From assembly GCF_001194135.2 (NCBI RefSeq), contig NC_068983.1, positions 143,619,958-143,672,021 of the forward strand: a stretch of DNA of 52,064 bases, given 5' to 3'. Shown one piece after another: positions 46,907 to 52,064 of this stretch (position 1 is the stretch's first letter; the number at the start of each line of letters is the position of its first letter). The stretch is from Octopus bimaculoides (Eukaryota). The position numbers and the translations under genes were made by a program. A model generated the notes under the pieces. The model was not told the DNA's origin. It ran no database searches and was given only the letters and a program-made list of their open reading frames with translations.

Positions 46907-47893
46907 NNNNNNNNNNNNNNNNNNNNNNNNNNNNNNNNNNNNNNNNNNNNNNNNNNNNNNNNNNNNNNNNNNNNNNNNNNNNNNNNNNNNNNNNNNNNNN
47001 NNNNNNNNNNNNNNNNNNNNNNNNNNNNNNNNNNNNNNNNNNNNNNNNNNNNNNNNNNNNNNNNNNNNNNNNNNNNNNNNNNNNNNNNNNNNNNNNNNNN
47101 NNNNNNNNNNNNNNNNNNNNNNNNNNNNNNNNNNNNNNNNNNNNNNNNNNNNNNNNNNNNNNNNNNNNNNNNNNNNNNNNNNNNNNNNNNNNNNNNNNNN
47201 NNNNNNNNNNNNNNNNNNNNNNNNNNNNNNNNNNNNNNNNNNNNNNNNNNNNNNNNNNNNNNNNNNNNNNNNNNNNNNNNNNNNNNNNNNNNNNNNNNNN
47301 NNNNNNNNNNNNNNNNNNNNNNNNNNNNNNNNNNNNNNNNNNNNNNNNNNNNNNNNNNNNNNNNNNNNNNNNNNNNNNNNNNNNNNNNNNNNNNNNNNNN
47401 NNNNNNNNNNNNNNNNNNNNNNNNNNNNNNNNNNNNNNNNNNNNNNNNNNNNNNNNNNNNNNNNNNNNNNNNNNNNNNNNNNNNNNNNNNNNNNNNNNNN
47501 NNNNNNNNNNNNNNNNNNNNNNNNNNNNNNNNNNNNNNNNNNNNNNNNNNNNNNNNNNNNNNNNNNNNNNNNNNNNNNNNNNNNNNNNNNNNNNNNNNNN
47601 NNNNNNNNNNNNNNNNNNNNNNNNNNNNNNNNNNNNNNNNNNNNNNNNNNNNNNNNNNNNNNNNNNNNNNNNNNNNNNNNNNNNNNNNNNNNNNNNNNNN
47701 NNNNNNNNNNNNNNNNNNNNNNNNNNNNNNNNNNNNNNNNNNNNNNNNNNNNNNNNNNNNNNNNNNNNNNNNNNNNNNNNNNNNNNNNNNNNNNNNNNNN
47801 NNNNNNNNNNNNNNNNNNNNNNNNNNNNNNNNNNNNNNNNNNNNNNNNNNNNNNNNNNNNNNNNNNNNNNNNNNNNNNNNNNNNNNNNNNNNN
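46907..47893. other. Assembly gap (987 N)
   Basis: N run; flanking RFC1 exons join contiguously (AQIK|SAMM). Confidence 0.99.
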
Positions 47894-48169
47894 AACAGCA
47901 TTTTCCATGCTTGCTGTATTTGAAAAGATGCTTTCCAAGTAATCAATTTATTTTTTTCAGCTAGACATTTTTCCTATTATAAACTATTCCACCTTAAAAT
48001 AAGAGTGGAACTTAGCTATTGTCAGTCAATCAAATGGAAATGAGCAGAGCCAGGCATTTTACTTAGAAACATGAATGCAATGGCTGTCATAAGAATCAAC
48101 TAAAACCGTGTAGTCAGTAATGTAAAAACTTAACTTCACACTCATTTGTGTCTTACTTTGTCATTGTCA

Positions 48170-48900
48170 TCATCCAGTAGATCTGGCCACCCCCGTTAAC
48201 TGGGGTGGCCGGATCTACCTCAATGCCATAGCAACCGCCCTCACACCATCTCGCCCTGTTTGGGCATCCTTCCTTCTCAAGCCAACCCTCCCAATCTCCT
48301 CCTCCACCTGTCCCCTCAAAAAATGCTCCTCAACACATGCCCATACCACCGCACTCCATTCGGCCTTGCAAACCGTTCCACTGATTCCTCCAACCCCAGC
48401 ATCCCCATCAAATCCTCAGTCCTCCCCTTATCAAACAACTTCACTCCACCCATTTCTCTCACCATGCTCTCTTAATCCTTCTCAAAATTGCCACCTCTCT
48501 CTCCCTCAGACACCATGTTTCACTCCCATACAGCATTGCAGCTCTCACGCAACTCCTATGACCCTTCCTTTCATCTTCAATGAGAACCTTTTCCCGTATA
48601 ACAACACCCCACATTCCCTGAACTTCACTCAGTCACAGTTGCTACATCCACCCTATCTCTCAAATAACAAAACCTCACCGTTTCCACCTAGTCACATAGT
48701 GTTTCCACTGGTTCTGCCAGCCCTCCAGCTCCTTTCTCACATCTTCCACAAACAAACTCTCTGGCCAGTCTTTGGGTCGCCTTCTTCATTTTCATACATC
48801 TACCATGAATCCAGTTCTCACACTTCATACACAACACCGCATTAGCCATTACCCTCCTCCCACATACACATGGATCCACCTTACTCATTAACATTTCTCC
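48170..48900 (-). mobile_element. Old RTE-clade LINE 3' end (PHD-like finger and post-RT region)
   Basis: DPCVCGRRVMANAVLCMKCENWIHGRC...FVCGRC, then SCVRAAMLYGSETW. Confidence 0.8.
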
Positions 48901-48949
48901 TTCCATCTCGCTCACCATCATCTTTGTGGTATATATATATAACATCATC

Positions 48950-49312
48950 ATCATCATCATCATTATCATTTAGCATCTATTTTCCATGCTGGCATGGGTT
49001 TGACGGTTTGACTGGAACTGGTAAGCCAGAGAGCTGCACTAGGCTCCAGTCTGATTTGGTTTGATTTCTACAGTTGGATGTCCTTCCTCAAACCAACCAC
49101 TCCAAGAGCATAGTGAGTGGCTCTTACATGTCACTGGCACCAGTGCCGTTTACGTGTCACCAGCACTGGCCACAATTACGATTTCATTTGGTTGATGCGT
49201 CTTCTCAAGCACAGTGAATCACCAAAGGTCTTGATCATATGTCATTACCTCTGCGAAACCCAACATTTGAAGATCATGCTTCACCACCTTGTCCCATGTC
49301 TTCCTGGGTCAA
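48950..49312 (-). mobile_element. Short RTE LINE 3' end with tail (family of 11535-13072)
   Basis: PRKTWDKVVKHDLQMLG...VLEKT then the shared 3' UTR core and (gat)n. Confidence 0.8.
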
Positions 49313-49350
49313 TGAAAGTCATTTAAATAAAAAGTAAACAATTATCTTAC

Positions 49351-49488
49351 CTTTATTTGTGCCATATGTGGACGCTGGAATCTCAAATCAAAACAGTAAT
49401 TTGCGAGGGAACGGATTTTCTGGTGTTGTCTATCATTACATATACATATAATTGGTATTTTGGTAGTTTTCACTAATTGGATTAATTC
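49351..49488 (-). CDS. RFC1: RFC1 coding exon (sensor 1 region)
   Basis: cccAG|...aag|GTaaga; 138 nt; ELIQLVKTTKIPIICICNDRQHQKIRSLANYCFDLRFQRPHMAQIK. Confidence 0.97.
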
Positions 49489-51295
49489 CTGGGAAAAAAA
49501 AAGTAATCCATATAATTACTGATCTCTCATGAACATCATCATCATCATCATCAGTTTAACATCCACTGTTCCATGCTTATCAGAAGAAACTTGTTGAAGC
49601 AGATTTCTACAGTTGGATAATCTTCCTGTTACCAACCTTCACCTATTTCTGAACAAAGTAATATTTTCCCTAGTTTTTTGAACAATGAACAGCAAGAAAC
49701 TCTCAACGTGATCAATCATTCACTATAAACAGTAACCAAATTTCCCTCAAATCACAACTTAACACCTTAAAAAAAAAACATCATTGAATAATATAGTCTT
49801 TGATAAACTATTCTAAAGAAAGATGTAGTAATAAGTAGAAAACCTTCGGTCTTAAGTCTGACCAATAAGGCACATCCTAGGGTTAAACATCACTGTTTTA
49901 TGCAAATGAATGTACCTCTACATAATTGTGCAAACTACTAGAAATAACAGCCAAATCTTCCTCAAATCGCACTATCACCTAAGAGAAAAAAGAAACAGGA
50001 CATTGGATAATTTAGTCCTAAGATATACCATGTCTAATAAAAAGATGGAATTAAGGTTTATTTGATCTGAGCACACCTGAAGTTAATGAATATCATAAGC
50101 CAATGAAGAAAACTAACTTGATTTGCTAGTAATAGTAGCTAAATCTTCAATTCACACTTTTGAAAAGAAAGATACATTGGATAATGTAGTCCTAGGTACA
50201 TTAACCCTGAAAACAATATGGAGTGGAACACCTGATCATAGATCTAGATTAAGATCAACTGGTACTAAACAACATCAACATCATCAATGACTTCTTTTAG
50301 TTCATTATTTTAGTCATCATGTCTAGGGACATGCTAGAACATTACCTAAACATCAACCAAATCTACTGAATATTTGTAAATTGATGCTCCAAAATCTCCA
50401 GAAATATGTTGTTTACAAGCAGTATTAATAGTGAAACAGATTTCATTTTTTAAAGTTATTTATTTCTTGATGACAGCTTAAATCTCATAGCAAAATCTTT
50501 AAAAGTTGCAGGAACAATCCAAACTTAGAAAAATGATGTGAAGTATTTAAGGTCTTCATAGGTAAATTCAATTATAATTTAGTATAAACCCATAAATTTT
50601 GGCAGGAGGAAGATCTTGCACAGTTAACATTACCCTAGTGTTGACTGGTATTTATGTTTGACCTTGAAGACAAATACAGAGTGAAAGGGGCTCTTAAACT
50701 TGGCAGACACCTTAGCATAAGATGCAGCCATTCCATGCTGCACATAACAGCAAATGTGATTTTCTCTGCTGCTGTGTATATCAGATGACAATGGATTGCA
50801 ACAAATGATGAAACACTATCAAACAAACCATGCCAGTTAAAAGAGAAATATGACAATGAAGATGAAAATTCATCTTCTATCCAGCCTTTCTTTATAAAAC
50901 AAAAACAAAAGAAAATATTTCAAGCCAACAGCAGTGGTGCTGCTGATGTGATGGTTGTAAGTCCTATAACAACATTGAAGTTTTTGCAGAATAGGTGAGT
51001 TTAAGATAGTTCAACCCTATTCAAGTTTTATGCACTGTTAGAAGTTATGAGTAAGTTATGAGTATGGCCATTCAATCTGCTAGAAATAACAGCCAAATCA
51101 CCCTCAAATTCCACCCTGCCATCTAAGAAATAGAAAGATGCATTAAACAGTATGGTTTTATATAGATAAAAGCAAAAACAATGTAATCATAAATGGAATG
51201 TTTTTGACCATAGATTTGCTTGATTAAAGTTGACTTGGAGTGGAAAAAACAACAGTGATGTTCATATTTGGAAAAATTTAAAGAATGGTAGTTAC

Positions 51296-51390
51296 CGCAA
51301 TGCCTCCACGATCTTCATTACCGGCCATTCCATCAACTTCATCCATTATTACACAATGTTTAAAGCCATTTGAAGATGAACTCTCAGTTC
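51296..51390 (-). CDS. RFC1: RFC1 coding exon with Walker B (first RFC1 exon in window)
   Basis: aacAG|...gcg|GTaact on minus; 95 nt; (G)TESSSSNGFKHCVIMDEVDGMAGNEDRGGIA = RFC1 MDEVDGMAGNEDRGG. Confidence 0.96.
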
Positions 51391-51501
51391 CTGTTAATGA
51401 TAATAATAAAAGTAATGATAATCATTACTAACATATAACAGAAAACCACATTAATGATAATTATTCCATGGCTGTGTGATGAAGAGGTTTGTTTCCCAAC
51501 C

Positions 51502-51706
51502 CGTGCCAGCACCAACTTGACTTGCTTCCGTGCTGGTGGCACGTAAGAAGCACCCACTACACTCACAGAGTGATTGGCGTTAGGAAGGGCATCCAGCTGT
51601 AGAAACACTGCCAGATCAGACTGGAGCCTGGCTTCCCAGACCCCAGTCAAACCGTCCAAGCATTGCTAGCATGGAAAACGGATGTTAAACGATGATGATG
51701 ATGATG
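51502..51706 (+). mobile_element. RTE-tailed SINE (family A), plus orientation
   Basis: ggtggcacgtaagaagcacccactacactc...gatgttaaacgatgatgatg. Confidence 0.85.
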
Positions 51707-51857
51707 TAACTCGTTGGCAAAAATGTATTGATTGTAATGGAACTTACTTTGATGAATAAAATTTCCACATTGTTGAAATATATTGTGATGAATTTCATGT
51801 TTCAAAACATTGCTTACATTTTACTCAGCCTGATATATATACATATATATATATATA

Positions 51858-52064
51858 TCATCATTATCATCATCATCATTAAACGTCCGCTTTCCATGCT
51901 AGCATGGATTGGACGATTTGACTGAGGACCGGTGCAACCGGATGGCTACACCAGGCTCCAATCTAATTTGGCAGAGTTTCTACAGCTGGATGCCCTTCCT
52001 AACGCCAACCACTCAGAGAGTGTAGTGGGTGCTTTTACGTGTCACCCGCACGAAAACGACCACG
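51858..52064 (-). mobile_element. Young RTE-tailed SINE (family A), truncated by window end
   Basis: Near-identical to the 46711 copy. Confidence 0.9.

Noticed and set aside
46779-47964. Long ORFs of 349-387 aa
   Set aside because: Artefacts of the N gap; the real part is SINE sequence.
48260-48845. Plus-strand ORFs of 71 and 159 aa
   Set aside because: Antisense shadows of the decayed minus-strand RTE ORF.

Overview
Eukaryotic, AT-rich, repeat-dense DNA with two assembly gaps (18056-18662, 46907-47893). The SINE/LINE families look like Octopus (recognition from memory, not a database hit). It holds the 3' halves of two convergent, intron-rich genes reconstructed by hand from splice sites and phase continuity. 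ASPH (aspartyl/asparaginyl beta-hydroxylase) is on +: 7 coding exons, 6398-30250, TPR region plus the complete catalytic domain. RFC1 (replication factor C large subunit) is on -: 10 coding exons, 51390-35602. Introns are filled with decayed non-LTR retroelements (RTE, CR1-like, R4/Dong-like, Penelope-like), several SINE families, a mariner remnant and microsatellites. The most interesting signals are structural: (i) two ~97% identical young SINEs in inverted orientation bracketing six in-frame RFC1 exons (822 nt, circRNA-type architecture); (ii) a 282-bp fold-back duplication of a SINE plus flank; (iii) an 88-nt hairpin fully paired on the RFC1 sense strand; (iv) a fold-back element with a G-quadruplex loop between the two genes; (v) a Penelope-like cluster with hammerhead-like relics. 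None is proven functional from sequence alone, and no intact novel protein-coding system was found.
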